Below are positions 15,881 to 26,292 of a stretch of 64,000 nt of DNA, in pieces. The notes beneath the pieces were generated by a model. That model was not told the DNA's origin and ran no database searches. It saw only the letters and a program-made list of their open reading frames with translations. The position numbers and the translations under genes are program-made. The DNA lies in the IMG/VR virus record IMGVR_UViG_3300028628_000004; one strand, written 5' to 3'. The stretch's first letter is position 1. Each line of letters starts with the position of its first letter. This DNA comes from a virus. Its lineage: Duplodnaviria > Caudoviricetes.

Positions 15881-17341
15881 TTATTCTCCCTTCCATTCTA
15901 CGCCAAGTATTTCAGAGATTGTCTTCATGCCAGTGTTGTAGTCTTCAATATCAATAGTTCCCTTCTGCTGATCCATCATACGACTGAAGCTTTCCCATAT
16001 TGCGGGAATCTTGTCGGGCATGGTTTCTTTTACTTTCTCTGCAATCTTTACTGCCGATGTAAGTTCGTCTTCAGTTGCGCCGGGAATGATAAATGACGCG
16101 AGCTTATTGATGTCTGAGAAATCGACAAGGGGCTTCTCATTCAGTTTTATGGTCTTGCGGGTCTTGACGCCTTCCTTGAACAAATCAATGACTACATATA
16201 CCCCACCCTTGCCCAACTGGAATCTTCCCGGCTCAAGCGATGTATCACCATGTCTGCCAGGAACCCATCCCTTCTTAGCCAGAGTCAGATACTCTTCGTT
16301 CTTCTTAAGAGCATCTTTGACCATCTTCTTTTCATTCTCGGTCAGTTCTCTTTCCCCCAACACCGCACGCATAAGCCACTTCTGAAGTGCCCCCTTGACG
16401 CCACGAGAAAGGTCAACAAACGAGCTTGACTGCATAAAGCTTACTTCACCCGCGTCCGCACCGCCGCCTTTTACGAGGTCAATCTGAATGGTCTTTCCAT
16501 CTTCCCATACATAAGCCATGAGAATCTCTTCGGCTGATATCTTCGACTTGCGATATGCTACCTTGGTTGGATACTTCTGCGAGAGGTATTCACCAATTTG
16601 TCGAAGCTCAACGCCTTCCTTGGGAACTATATCAATGTCCAAGTCGCCATATGACTTCTTTGCTTGTGTGGCTTTTGCCATTATTTGTGGATCTTCTGAC
16701 TTAAGAAGCTTTACTTCTCTACCAGAGACATATGCGGCGAGACGAGTTGAACCAAGCCCGAAAGTTGTCTTGTATGATGGATCTAAGAACGGAGATATCT
16801 CTTTGAGAAGAGGTTCAACAATTTCATTGAAGACGGCTTTTATTTGATCAGAAGGTATTCTGATGTAATGAACATTGGTTGCTCCAGCGGCTTCGAGCTT
16901 CTGGATAAGCTCATTCTTCACTGCATTGCCACCTTCTAATAAAACAGATTCCTTAAGCTTTTTATGAGAGTCAAGATTTTTAATTGCTCTCTTCCATGTT
17001 ATGTTTCCATTTTTATGAAGGAATCTACTTGTCTTAACAAGTTTCTTAGTCTTAAGATTGACGGGTAGCAGTTCCTCGTTCGCCCCCCTAAAAAGACCAT
17101 AGCGAGCGCCATTTTTTCCATGAAGAATATATGTTGGTCCAAACTTACCGGATTCCTTGACCTTTTCGTAATGATACTTTCTCTTACCAACTTGGACGCA
17201 CTTCATTCCTTCACGTGCTGGTTTTCTCCAACGCTCAACGAGAGCTTCTGGTTGAGAAAGCCATACTTGTATGTCTGACTCAAGTCTGCTCTCAAGAAGC
17301 TGTTCTGTTGTTTTAGTGATATTAAAAAATCTCATGGTCAT
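15881..17341 (-). CDS. Pol-beta-superfamily nucleotidyltransferase
   Basis: LGS...YGDLDIDI...IQIDLV; LLEGGN motif; late promoter TATAAATA at 17367-17374. Confidence 0.7.
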   Translation of the reverse strand: MTMRFFNITKTTEQLLESRLESDIQVWLSQPEALVERWRKPAREGMKCVQVGKRKYHYEKVKESGKFGPTYILHGKNGARYGLFRGANEELLPVNLKTKKLVKTSRFLHKNGNITWKRAIKNLDSHKKLKESVLLEGGNAVKNELIQKLEAAGATNVHYIRIPSDQIKAVFNEIVEPLLKEISPFLDPSYKTTFGLGSTRLAAYVSGREVKLLKSEDPQIMAKATQAKKSYGDLDIDIVPKEGVELRQIGEYLSQKYPTKVAYRKSKISAEEILMAYVWEDGKTIQIDLVKGGGADAGEVSFMQSSSFVDLSRGVKGALQKWLMRAVLGERELTENEKKMVKDALKKNEEYLTLAKKGWVPGRHGDTSLEPGRFQLGKGGVYVVIDLFKEGVKTRKTIKLNEKPLVDFSDINKLASFIIPGATEDELTSAVKIAEKVKETMPDKIPAIWESFSRMMDQQKGTIDIEDYNTGMKTISEILGVEWKGE

Positions 17342-17402
17342 AGCATAGCTCCATAAACTATGCCTTTATTTATATTAATATCTATTTCTGTCCGTGTAAT
17401 AG

Positions 17403-18074
17403 CTAATTGTTTATATTTCCGTATTTTCTAACTTTATTTAGGTAGTTTCTGGCATTGGAATCCAGCGATCCCCAAGGACCAGCATTATACATCATCACGG
17501 TCGTGTTCCAATTTTTATTACCTCTTCCGTTGTATATATACACAAGATACATACAAGCTACTTCTTCATTAAGCTTTGTATCATTTTGCATTTCTTCGTA
17601 TCTGCGACCACGTAGAGAATCTGGGTATTTTTGCTTCATGTGATTGAAGGCTATTCGCAAAATTTGAAAAGGACCAATAGCACCCTTTTTGTTATTATTG
17701 CCTCCCCTTTTTTTACTAACATACTTTATAGAACCGTCTTCGTTATATGAAGATGAGGATTCTGTCATAAGCTGCCCACGTCTAATCCACAGAGGAACTT
17801 TATCTTTAAAGCTATCGTTGTGTTGTTCTATGGCTGCCTGTTTTACCCATTGCGGCGTATTTGGGTTGTCTATTTGCAGAATATCGTAATAAAAATCGGG
17901 GACATCTAAGTTGTTTCGTATCCTGAAATTATAAGCGTCTTTGATGAAATCGCTATATGAGTGTTCTAATACCACATAAGTATAACTATCAGTATTCTTA
18001 ATTCCGTTGTTTGTAAATGACGCTACCATCAAGAGTAATGGAAGAATTGCTATGTTAAAAAACAGTTTTTTCAT
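17403..18074 (-). CDS. Lytic transglycosylase (SLT-like) with N-terminal hydrophobic signal/anchor
   Basis: TESS, GAIGPFQI, YNAGP motifs. Confidence 0.8.
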   Translation of the reverse strand: MKKLFFNIAILPLLLMVASFTNNGIKNTDSYTYVVLEHSYSDFIKDAYNFRIRNNLDVPDFYYDILQIDNPNTPQWVKQAAIEQHNDSFKDKVPLWIRRGQLMTESSSSYNEDGSIKYVSKKRGGNNNKKGAIGPFQILRIAFNHMKQKYPDSLRGRRYEEMQNDTKLNEEVACMYLVYIYNGRGNKNWNTTVMMYNAGPWGSLDSNARNYLNKVRKYGNINN

Positions 18075-18195
18075 ATTTAGGTTTCTATATTGAATTAAGT
18101 TATATTTTATGTTATAATAAAGTTTATGACAATGTTATGTATCGTGAATAGGTATTTATCATATATGTTGGTAAAATAAAGTCAAGGGGTAAATT

Positions 18196-18924
18196 ATGAA
18201 GATAGGAATAGGGATTATTTCATACAAAAGACCCGAAGAATGTCTATCTGTTTGTCAAGGGGTTTTGAGTACAATTGATAAATCTGTACATAACTATAAG
18301 CTAATATGCAGTATTGATCAGGAAGATATCTCAGAATACAAGGAAGTGTTGAAGATTTTCCCTGTTGTAAATGGTAAGAACGGCGGAGTTGCAGTAAATA
18401 AAAATAGAGCATTGTGGAATTTGAGGGATTGTGATGTTATATTTTTACTTGAAGATGATTTTAAACCAATATATACTGGATGGGTTGAGTTATACTTAAC
18501 AGCGTTGAAAGAATCTGGTATGAGACATCTTAATCATATTAGATTGGACCATAGGGATTTATTGTATAAGGTTATTAGATTGCCATCTGTTACTTTAGGT
18601 ATATACCAAAGAAACACAGCGCAACTTATGGTGATGACAAAAGAAGTTATTGAGAAGATAGGAGCTTTTGATATTAGCTATGGAAAGTTTGGATATGAGC
18701 ATAGTGACTACACAAGAAGGTGTAAGTTGGCTGGACTTTGCTCACCGGCAAATCACGATGCCCATCCATTTGTGATTGAATCCGACATATACTTTAAAGA
18801 CCTTGGAACTGCGCCATGTTTCAGTGAAGAAGAAAGAAAGAAATATTCCGAAGAAGCTAATAAAATATATATGAAATTTGATCCCAATAAAATATACATA
18901 CCATTCACAAAGGAGATATTATGA
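18196..18924 (+). CDS. Glycosyltransferase family 2-like
   Basis: GIISYKR, LLEDD, GAFD..YGKFGYEHSDY. Confidence 0.8.
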   Translation: MKIGIGIISYKRPEECLSVCQGVLSTIDKSVHNYKLICSIDQEDISEYKEVLKIFPVVNGKNGGVAVNKNRALWNLRDCDVIFLLEDDFKPIYTGWVELYLTALKESGMRHLNHIRLDHRDLLYKVIRLPSVTLGIYQRNTAQLMVMTKEVIEKIGAFDISYGKFGYEHSDYTRRCKLAGLCSPANHDAHPFVIESDIYFKDLGTAPCFSEEERKKYSEEANKIYMKFDPNKIYIPFTKEIL

Positions 18925-19112
18925 AGATTATCAATAGACCACAAGCAGTCGTGACCTTAGAAGATGCTCAGAAGTTACTAACTAAGTTTCTCGAAAAAAA
19001 GACGGGAAAAAAGGTAGTTTCTATTGATGTGCCAGAAGCAGCGAGGGGAATATCATTCACGATTAACTTCGAAGAAGAAATAAGCGATTTCGAGGAATCT
19101 AAGAATGCCTAA
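18921..19112 (+). CDS. Hypothetical protein
   Basis: Overlaps both neighbours; AAGGAG RBS. Confidence 0.65.
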   Translation: MKIINRPQAVVTLEDAQKLLTKFLEKKTGKKVVSIDVPEAARGISFTINFEEEISDFEESKNA

Positions 19113-19851
19113 GCCACTTATTGGTATCGGGCTTATAACTTACAATAGATCAGCAGCGGCTACGGATGTAGCTGAGTCGATTGTAAACACTCTCGACCGT
19201 GACCGTTATGATTACAAGCTTGTTTGTTCGCTGGACCAAACCGACACAACCGGATACGAAAAGGTATCACAGTTGATGAATCTAATTCCACATCGCAATT
19301 TGGGAATATCTATTAATAAAAGTATTGCCATGATGCATCTTCAAGAATGCGATCATCTATTTTTGTTTGAGGATGACTTCAAACCTACGAGAGTTGGATG
19401 GGACACTCTATACTTAAATGTCCACCGTGAAACTGGTGTTGGTTTGTTTAACTACTGTCCAAAGTGGGTTTCAGATAACGAGAAGCGACCAAAGAAGATT
19501 ATCAAGGTTCCATCTGGGACTGTGATATTCGAACATACACACGTCGCACAGATAATGTCAATCACAAAGCAGACATTGAGCAAGGTTGGTGCTTTAGATC
19601 CCGATTACATAGGGTATGGATTTGAACATTGTGATTATACTCGCAGATGTATTTTAGCGGGTGAATTCCCTCGACATGGGTTTCCGTTTATCAAGGAGAC
19701 ATGGGATTACACACAGATGCTTGATGTCCCAAATACAACAAGCGACGAGGACAGAAAGCCGCAGATTGACCATAACGGCAGGGTGTATGGGAGAGGCGTC
19801 GGGAGAATTTTGATACCATTTACAGAAATAGAAAATAGATTAAGGGGCTAA
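19105..19851 (+). CDS. Glycosyltransferase family 2-like (paralog of 18196)
   Basis: ITYNR, LFEDD, GYGFEHCDYTRR. Confidence 0.8.
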   Translation: MPKPLIGIGLITYNRSAAATDVAESIVNTLDRDRYDYKLVCSLDQTDTTGYEKVSQLMNLIPHRNLGISINKSIAMMHLQECDHLFLFEDDFKPTRVGWDTLYLNVHRETGVGLFNYCPKWVSDNEKRPKKIIKVPSGTVIFEHTHVAQIMSITKQTLSKVGALDPDYIGYGFEHCDYTRRCILAGEFPRHGFPFIKETWDYTQMLDVPNTTSDEDRKPQIDHNGRVYGRGVGRILIPFTEIENRLRG

Positions 19852-19853
19852 TA

Positions 19854-20636
19854 ATGTCAAAGTATGATTTAAGAGACACTACATTTATCATGCCTGTTAG
19901 AGTCGAATCACAAGATAGAGCCAATAATATCTTAACAAGTGTTTCGTATCTTTTACATCATCTTGATACTAATATTATAATCCTTGAAGATGATAAGGTT
20001 TCCAAGGTTCCCACGATACTGGGAAGTAAGATAAATCAGGTAAAATACATATTCAATAAAAACGAAGAATACTTGTTTTGGAAAACTAAGCATTTAAATA
20101 CGATGGCTCGTCAAGTTACCACTCCTATAATGGTCATGTATGATTGTGATATCATCATGGAACCAGATGGGTATGAAAAGACAAGAAATATGATAACGAA
20201 GGATGGATTTGAGTATATAGTTGGGTTTGGTGATTTGATGAGAGTTAATCAGAATCAACATTATGTTCTTAGGGGATCAATGAATCCTTTGCTTTTTGCA
20301 GATAATGGAAAGATGGCGGCTGCTGTTGGTTCTCCTGCCTGGGTGCTGACTAACAAATACATGGAAGCTGGAATGGAAAACGAGTTCTTCAAGTCGTGGG
20401 GATTTGAGGATAATGAAAGGCACTGGAGATTTATCAGAATGGGACTTAAACATCGTTACGGCGAAGGAAAATTGTGGCATCTTGAACATTGCAGAGTCTC
20501 TAATAACTTTAACTCCAATCCCCATTTAGATGCAAACGCAAAGTTGTTTCATGCCGTGGAATGTGAGTCGCCTGAACAAACAAGAGAAAGAGTTAAGACA
20601 TTTCCGTGGCTTAGGGAATATGGAATAATAAAATGA
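19854..20636 (+). CDS. GT-A glycosyltransferase with GT7-like C-terminus
   Basis: YDCD, GMENEFFKSWGFED, HLEH. Confidence 0.8.
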   Translation: MSKYDLRDTTFIMPVRVESQDRANNILTSVSYLLHHLDTNIIILEDDKVSKVPTILGSKINQVKYIFNKNEEYLFWKTKHLNTMARQVTTPIMVMYDCDIIMEPDGYEKTRNMITKDGFEYIVGFGDLMRVNQNQHYVLRGSMNPLLFADNGKMAAAVGSPAWVLTNKYMEAGMENEFFKSWGFEDNERHWRFIRMGLKHRYGEGKLWHLEHCRVSNNFNSNPHLDANAKLFHAVECESPEQTRERVKTFPWLREYGIIK

Positions 20637-21259
20637 TACCTAAGATAATACATCAAATATGGGTTGGTGATCAAAATAAGAAACCATTTAAGATGATGGA
20701 AACTTGGAAGAACATGAATCCAAGTTGGGAATATATGCTGTGGACAGATGCAAATCTTCCACCAATGATTAATCGCCGTCACTTTGACGCATACTCACCA
20801 TTTCACGGAAAAGCTGATATATTGCGTTACGAAATACTCAAGCAGTACGGTGGGTTCTATATTGATGCTGATTCTGATTGCATTAAACCATTGGAAGATT
20901 TTTTAGTTGATAATGACTCGTTTGCGTGTTTTGAAAGCGAGCAGCATAGACCGGGGCTAATAGCTAATGGATACTTAGCCGGTGTTAAGAATTGCCAGTT
21001 ATTTGACATATTGATACAGAAGATATCCAGAATGAACCCGCAGCATATGAACGGGATGGCTCCCCCATGGATTTTAACAGGTCCGACTCTTTTGACCAAT
21101 AGTATCAGAGAACACAACTATACAAAGATTAAAGTATATCCTTCACATTATTTTATTCCTAATCATTTTTGTGGTGGTTCTTACACGGGATCTGATCACG
21201 TGTTTTGTCGGCAATATTGGGGATCAACACACGATAGTTACGGGAACCTGGGAAGATGA
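20633..21259 (+). CDS. Glycosyltransferase family 32 (OCH1-like)
   Basis: MIPKIIHQIW, ADILRY, YGGFYIDAD, TGP. Confidence 0.88.
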   Translation: MIPKIIHQIWVGDQNKKPFKMMETWKNMNPSWEYMLWTDANLPPMINRRHFDAYSPFHGKADILRYEILKQYGGFYIDADSDCIKPLEDFLVDNDSFACFESEQHRPGLIANGYLAGVKNCQLFDILIQKISRMNPQHMNGMAPPWILTGPTLLTNSIREHNYTKIKVYPSHYFIPNHFCGGSYTGSDHVFCRQYWGSTHDSYGNLGR

Positions 21260-22011
21260 AACACAACTTAAAAAATATAACATTTAATATGCCAATGTTA
21301 GTCGATTCCAACGACAGAGTTGAAAATATAGACTTATGTATTGATTATATTTTGCATCACTTTGATACAAATATATCAGTTTGTGAAATGGGAACCGAAA
21401 GTAAATATAAGAATCCTTTTGGTGTTGAGTATGAGTTTATAAAAACAGACAGTGATAAAAATCATAAGACAAAAATTCTAAATATTTTAGCAAGAAAATG
21501 CAAAACTGAGTTTCATTCCACTTATGACGTAGATGTATTGTTACCAGTTAAAGCCTACATAGATGGGTATAATATGCTATCAAGCGGTAATTACGATATG
21601 GTATTTCCGTTTGACGGTAGATTTTTTGGAGTCGGTAGAAACCACTATGGTATTTTAAGACAGAATAAAAATACAGATGTATTAATTTCTGGTATGTTTT
21701 ATCCTATTGTTTCGGATTCTGTTGGTGGCTGTGTATTTTGGAACACAAAATCATTTATATCATCGGGAATGGAAAATGAAAATTTCTCTGGGTGGGGCTA
21801 CGAAGACACAGAAAGATATCATAGAAGTGTAAAACTTGGATTACGCATAGGTAGGACTTCATATCCAATATTTCACGTAGACCATTTCAGGGGACCAAAT
21901 AGCAGTCACGGAGAAATGTATTGGAGAAATAAGTCTATATACGATTCAATTACGAGAATGAATGCTGATGAGTTAAGAAGACATATATCAGAATGGAAAT
22001 GGTCTAAATAG
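21256..22011 (+). CDS. GT7-like glycosyltransferase (paralog of 19854)
   Basis: YDVD, SVGG, GMENENFSGWGYED. Confidence 0.8.
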   Translation: MKHNLKNITFNMPMLVDSNDRVENIDLCIDYILHHFDTNISVCEMGTESKYKNPFGVEYEFIKTDSDKNHKTKILNILARKCKTEFHSTYDVDVLLPVKAYIDGYNMLSSGNYDMVFPFDGRFFGVGRNHYGILRQNKNTDVLISGMFYPIVSDSVGGCVFWNTKSFISSGMENENFSGWGYEDTERYHRSVKLGLRIGRTSYPIFHVDHFRGPNSSHGEMYWRNKSIYDSITRMNADELRRHISEWKWSK

Positions 22012-22815
22012 TTATCTTAATATTATTGGCATCTCAAAGTGTGGTGATATAAAATTAGTATTTTCTATGTTGGCGTTTATATACATTCTCTTACCATTTA
22101 GATATTCATTTAATATGTAATCTTCCGAAATATTGGAATGCGGAGTATCGTTGTTATTATGAACTCTGTTTATTGGATTGTTAAATAGTCTAGACTTCTT
22201 ATAACATAACATATACGGTTGGTTAAGATAATTTATACTTAAATTATATTCAAATAGAGTTGGATTATTAAAAGGTATTCTTTCTATTATGGGAAGAATG
22301 TCAGAAGTCCTAAATATATGACCATCAACCGACATTGGGTATCCCCAATCTCCCTCACACCCATGCCATCTCCATGTTCCATTTTCTAGTTTAGGTATAT
22401 TTCTGTATTTTATTCTAGCCGGATGACAATAACTCATTCCCTCATTCATTCTAAGTGAAACACATAGTATTTCTTTATTAGTCACCAGGGATTTAATTTC
22501 GTTATCGTCTTCTGAGAAGTTTTCTTTAATAACTATATCGTCCACAAGAAAAAAAGTATGATTTTTTTGTCTGTCAATAGTAGATAGTGTCAGTTCTTTA
22601 AAGTTTTTGCTGGTGTTATTTTCACATATGAAATTTATTTCACTGTGTTCATTTATGAGTTTTTCGTAGCCAATCTTATGGTTGTTATTTTTAAATTTAT
22701 AAATGACATTTATTTTGTTATCTTTATAATTGGTGAAATGCGCCTTTAGTGTTCTTAAAAGTTGATCTAACTGACATGCTCTGTCTTTACTGAAAATAGT
22801 TATATTAAAACTCAT
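22012..22815 (-). CDS. Putative GT-A glycosyltransferase
   Basis: FSKDRACQL, FLVDD, WGYPMSVDGH. Confidence 0.6.
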   Translation of the reverse strand: MSFNITIFSKDRACQLDQLLRTLKAHFTNYKDNKINVIYKFKNNNHKIGYEKLINEHSEINFICENNTSKNFKELTLSTIDRQKNHTFFLVDDIVIKENFSEDDNEIKSLVTNKEILCVSLRMNEGMSYCHPARIKYRNIPKLENGTWRWHGCEGDWGYPMSVDGHIFRTSDILPIIERIPFNNPTLFEYNLSINYLNQPYMLCYKKSRLFNNPINRVHNNNDTPHSNISEDYILNEYLNGKRMYINANIENTNFISPHFEMPIILR

Positions 22816-22817
22816 GG

Positions 22818-23606
22818 TTATTTCTTGACCCCAAATAGATAATTTTGGTTTCCAATATGCTCAATCGGTATGTTATACCATTTTATTTCTGATATGCTGC
22901 TGCTCATATAGTTGAAGAATTCGTTATTATTGACCCCCTCAAAAGACCCCTGATACGCTATGAGAAAATTAGATGCCTTTATACCACCTAAGAAATCCTC
23001 TCTAATATTACGGGGCGCTTCGCTTAATGACCAAGTAGCTACCAATAGATCATATTGTCTATTTTCTAAAGTTTGTATAGTATTACAAAACTTCGTATCG
23101 GATATATTGTTTTCGTTTAAATAATATCTTTGCAAGAGATTAAATTCCTCAAAGTCAAATATAGTATAATCTATTTCATTGTTTTGGTTTTTTATAACTT
23201 TGCACATGTTACCAAATCCGCCGCCAAATTCAATTACTGATTTAAATGACTTTAAATTTACTCCGGTAACATCGGTGAATCTTTGTATATGATATAACAT
23301 ATGAATAGTATTGGAACATACTCCGTTATACAATGTTTCGTGTTTTAGTTTGTTTTTAGAAGTGTTTTTAAGATATTCTTTGTCTTTTATATAATCATAT
23401 TCATTCTTAACATAGCCATGTATATTTGATACATACATTGTTTTATTAATCTCGTCCCAAGAAGCAAAATCGCTAATATCATCATTGACTATTTTTCTTA
23501 GAACTGCTGACCTTATAGAGTCCCAAAAACAACTACTATAGGAGTTTCTGCTTGATACTATCCTGGCTTCATCTTTTATTTGTGTTTTTAACATTATATT
23601 TTCCAA
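22818..23606 (-). CDS. Putative sugar O-methyltransferase (SAM-dependent)
   Basis: VIEFGGGFG, YTIFD, ATWSLSE. Confidence 0.7.
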   Translation of the reverse strand: MENIMLKTQIKDEARIVSSRNSYSSCFWDSIRSAVLRKIVNDDISDFASWDEINKTMYVSNIHGYVKNEYDYIKDKEYLKNTSKNKLKHETLYNGVCSNTIHMLYHIQRFTDVTGVNLKSFKSVIEFGGGFGNMCKVIKNQNNEIDYTIFDFEEFNLLQRYYLNENNISDTKFCNTIQTLENRQYDLLVATWSLSEAPRNIREDFLGGIKASNFLIAYQGSFEGVNNNEFFNYMSSSISEIKWYNIPIEHIGNQNYLFGVKK

Positions 23607-23613
23607 TTAGTTA

Positions 23614-24462
23614 TTATTGTATCATATATTTTTGTAGTATGTGAGGGGGAATTACTTTTTGCAATGCTATTAATATACTATTTTCACATACCTGAAATTC
23701 CTTACATCTTATAAAGTTTTCTTCTATGGCTGACATTCTTCCATAATAATCCGACTCCCCTACTGTATCTAATATTTCCTCCAAATCTTCTGTTTTTTCA
23801 AATACAATCATGCCCCTCGTATCGAATAGATTATATACTGATTCACATCCCCAGTATATTGGGACTGTTCCTGTGCTAAAACAATCAATTAATTTTTCAC
23901 TGAAATAATTATTTATTCTAAAATTTTCAATAACCAAAGAATAGCGAAAATCCCTCAATGCATAAATTTTGTTGGGTATCTCGGAATACCCTCTGCCACA
24001 TATTAAATCAATTTTGTGTTTAAATTTTTTTATTATTTCATGTCGCAACTTATGCCCCGAATGTTCGTTTTTGCTACTACTTATTATTGATGTATTTTTA
24101 GACTTGCTATGTATTTTTATATCTGGCGGATTTATCCAGCATCCCCCTAAATAATATTTAATTACGTTGTCGCCTATATCTAATAATCTTTGATCAAATG
24201 TCATTATATAATTGAATTTCTTTCTGTTATTAATGTCAAAAAAATATTGATATAAGTTTGGTGTGACAATGGGAGATTCTATTAATAACGCTATTCTTAT
24301 TTTTCCACAATTAGCACTATCAAAATTATTAGTGTAAAAAACTAAATCATCATTCGATTCTACTTCTCTATCCCATATTATATTTTGATCTAAGTATGAT
24401 AGAGTACTTGCCGAGTGGTTATGAGAAAAAAACGAATCTATTATTTTTAGTTTATATTTCAT
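23614..24462 (-). CDS. GT10 (alpha-1,3-fucosyltransferase)-like
   Basis: IESP, FRYSLVIEN, YFSEKLIDC, VPIYWG. Confidence 0.75.
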   Translation of the reverse strand: MKYKLKIIDSFFSHNHSASTLSYLDQNIIWDREVESNDDLVFYTNNFDSANCGKIRIALLIESPIVTPNLYQYFFDINNRKKFNYIMTFDQRLLDIGDNVIKYYLGGCWINPPDIKIHSKSKNTSIISSSKNEHSGHKLRHEIIKKFKHKIDLICGRGYSEIPNKIYALRDFRYSLVIENFRINNYFSEKLIDCFSTGTVPIYWGCESVYNLFDTRGMIVFEKTEDLEEILDTVGESDYYGRMSAIEENFIRCKEFQVCENSILIALQKVIPPHILQKYMIQ

Positions 24463-24517
24463 AGAATGTCTTAATTAATACAGATAGATATGATAGTAGA
24501 AATATATTTTATATTCA

Positions 24518-25330
24518 TTACGCCCTCCTGATTATATCATCTACAAGACCTTCCTTATTTTTATTGAAATGAGTCACACATCCAGCGAAATTAACACTTT
24601 CATCGTGGAATAGTGGATGACCTATCATTCTCGGGTGGTTTTCTATTATGAATACCTTGCAGTTGCTATGGCAGCACAGTTGCGAAACCATTGATCCACC
24701 TGACATTGAACCCATGAAGAATCTACAATTCTTGTTGTTTAACAATGTGGCATAGTCACGAAGACCAACACCAAAGACATTTCTATTGTTAATTAACGGA
24801 TCGGTATTCTCGCCAAAAATATAGCATTTCATCTTGAAGTGATTGGTTAGTTTATTAACCGAATTTACCCAAAAGTCAAGGGGGAAGTTTCTTTCGGGAC
24901 ACCAGTTCCTATATCTAGCATGCATTACAAAGAAGGGTTCGGTTTCTTGTATGCTTGAGTAGTTAATATTATGTATTAAATGTTTGTCTTCGTTATAGAA
25001 TCTATACTTACCATTGTAGTATCCCTGATCGGCAGTTACTTTTAAGTAGTCACTGCAAGATTTTGTCAGGTCAATAAAATTGTCTGGTCTTGGTTGCTTG
25101 ACGAAATCCTTATAGTGTATGGTCTTGCACACATTCTCATACAAGAAAGCTCGGTCTGTACTAACAACCAAAAAGTCTTCACTTGGATTTATTTGGTTTG
25201 TCGATATCATTCTTTTCGCCTGAAGGTGTGTTATGGATAACTCCCACCCCAACTCGAAAAATCTTGAAGTGTCCCAATCTAGCGACACGCAAGACTTTTC
25301 CATATCACAACTAACTTTTATGTATTTCAT
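24518..25330 (-). CDS. Hypothetical protein, possibly GT-B-like
   Basis: HAR...RNF, FMGSMSGG; start moved to the ATGA overlap at 25330. Confidence 0.5.
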   Translation of the reverse strand: MKYIKVSCDMEKSCVSLDWDTSRFFELGWELSITHLQAKRMISTNQINPSEDFLVVSTDRAFLYENVCKTIHYKDFVKQPRPDNFIDLTKSCSDYLKVTADQGYYNGKYRFYNEDKHLIHNINYSSIQETEPFFVMHARYRNWCPERNFPLDFWVNSVNKLTNHFKMKCYIFGENTDPLINNRNVFGVGLRDYATLLNNKNCRFFMGSMSGGSMVSQLCCHSNCKVFIIENHPRMIGHPLFHDESVNFAGCVTHFNKNKEGLVDDIIRRA

Positions 25331-26292
25331 ATGAATCCTTTCAGTGAGCTTAACCAAACGTTTAAAATGTCTAATTCTTCTTTCTTAACTATATTGTTGT
25401 TAGCAAGTTCTGTGTATACTTTTATTAAGTTACTTTGCTTTGAAGACGTAAACCGTATCTTATCAAGAATGTTTATTGTCTTCAATACATTAGTGTAGAG
25501 AGGAATCTCATCAACAAAGTCTCTCATATAGTCTGTACGGAATCTGTCTTGGAATACTATAGACTTTCTAAACCCAAGTTTGAACCCATCCTGCCATAGC
25601 AATCTTTGAGTGATGTAGGATCTTAGTATATCTGAGAATCTCCAAGACACCGTTGAAGGGAAATACATATAAATGAAGCATTCTTTGTTCCAGAAGGTGC
25701 TTTGTGAGTTGAATGGGGCATAGACCCCCTCAGTCAATGCAAACGATTCCCTCACATCGAAATTGATAGGCTTATTGATCGTTAATCTGTATATAGCATC
25801 AACATCTGGGTCATGGTCTATAAGCGTCTGCCACACACCAACAGAAGCCAAACGGGATTCTATCTTATGATCTATTGGCTTATTAATATATTCAAGAGGA
25901 AATCCACGCGCCCATATCTTCTCTCCCGATAGGTATGAGTATATATTGGCAAACTTTTCACTACTATTCAAAACCTTAGACACTTCAAAATTTTCAAAAT
26001 CCCAGAAGGCATATGGTATGTTGTCATCATCTGTCTCATATATTATATTGGCACCAGACTTTATAGCGTCAATATACCCTATATTCTTTCTGCAATATGA
26101 ATTAACAGGCAGTACCTTAGATATATCGTATTTTCCATCTTGCTCGGGATATGGGATGAAGTTGATTTTATCATCTTTATAGTTTGGCGTTTTCTTGTCA
26201 CCAACTAGGGTCAGGGTCCACCCGTCTATATCTTTAAACTTTCTGACGGCTTCGGTTTCTGGGTTTATTGTAGTAATGATTATTTTATTCAT
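25327..26292 (-). CDS. STELLO/DUF288-like glycosyltransferase
   Basis: IITTIN, VGDKKTP, RKNIGY, ETDDDN, PDVDAIYRL, PFNSQST, RFSDILRSY. Confidence 0.75.
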   Translation of the reverse strand: MNKIIITTINPETEAVRKFKDIDGWTLTLVGDKKTPNYKDDKINFIPYPEQDGKYDISKVLPVNSYCRKNIGYIDAIKSGANIIYETDDDNIPYAFWDFENFEVSKVLNSSEKFANIYSYLSGEKIWARGFPLEYINKPIDHKIESRLASVGVWQTLIDHDPDVDAIYRLTINKPINFDVRESFALTEGVYAPFNSQSTFWNKECFIYMYFPSTVSWRFSDILRSYITQRLLWQDGFKLGFRKSIVFQDRFRTDYMRDFVDEIPLYTNVLKTINILDKIRFTSSKQSNLIKVYTELANNNIVKKEELDILNVWLSSLKGFI

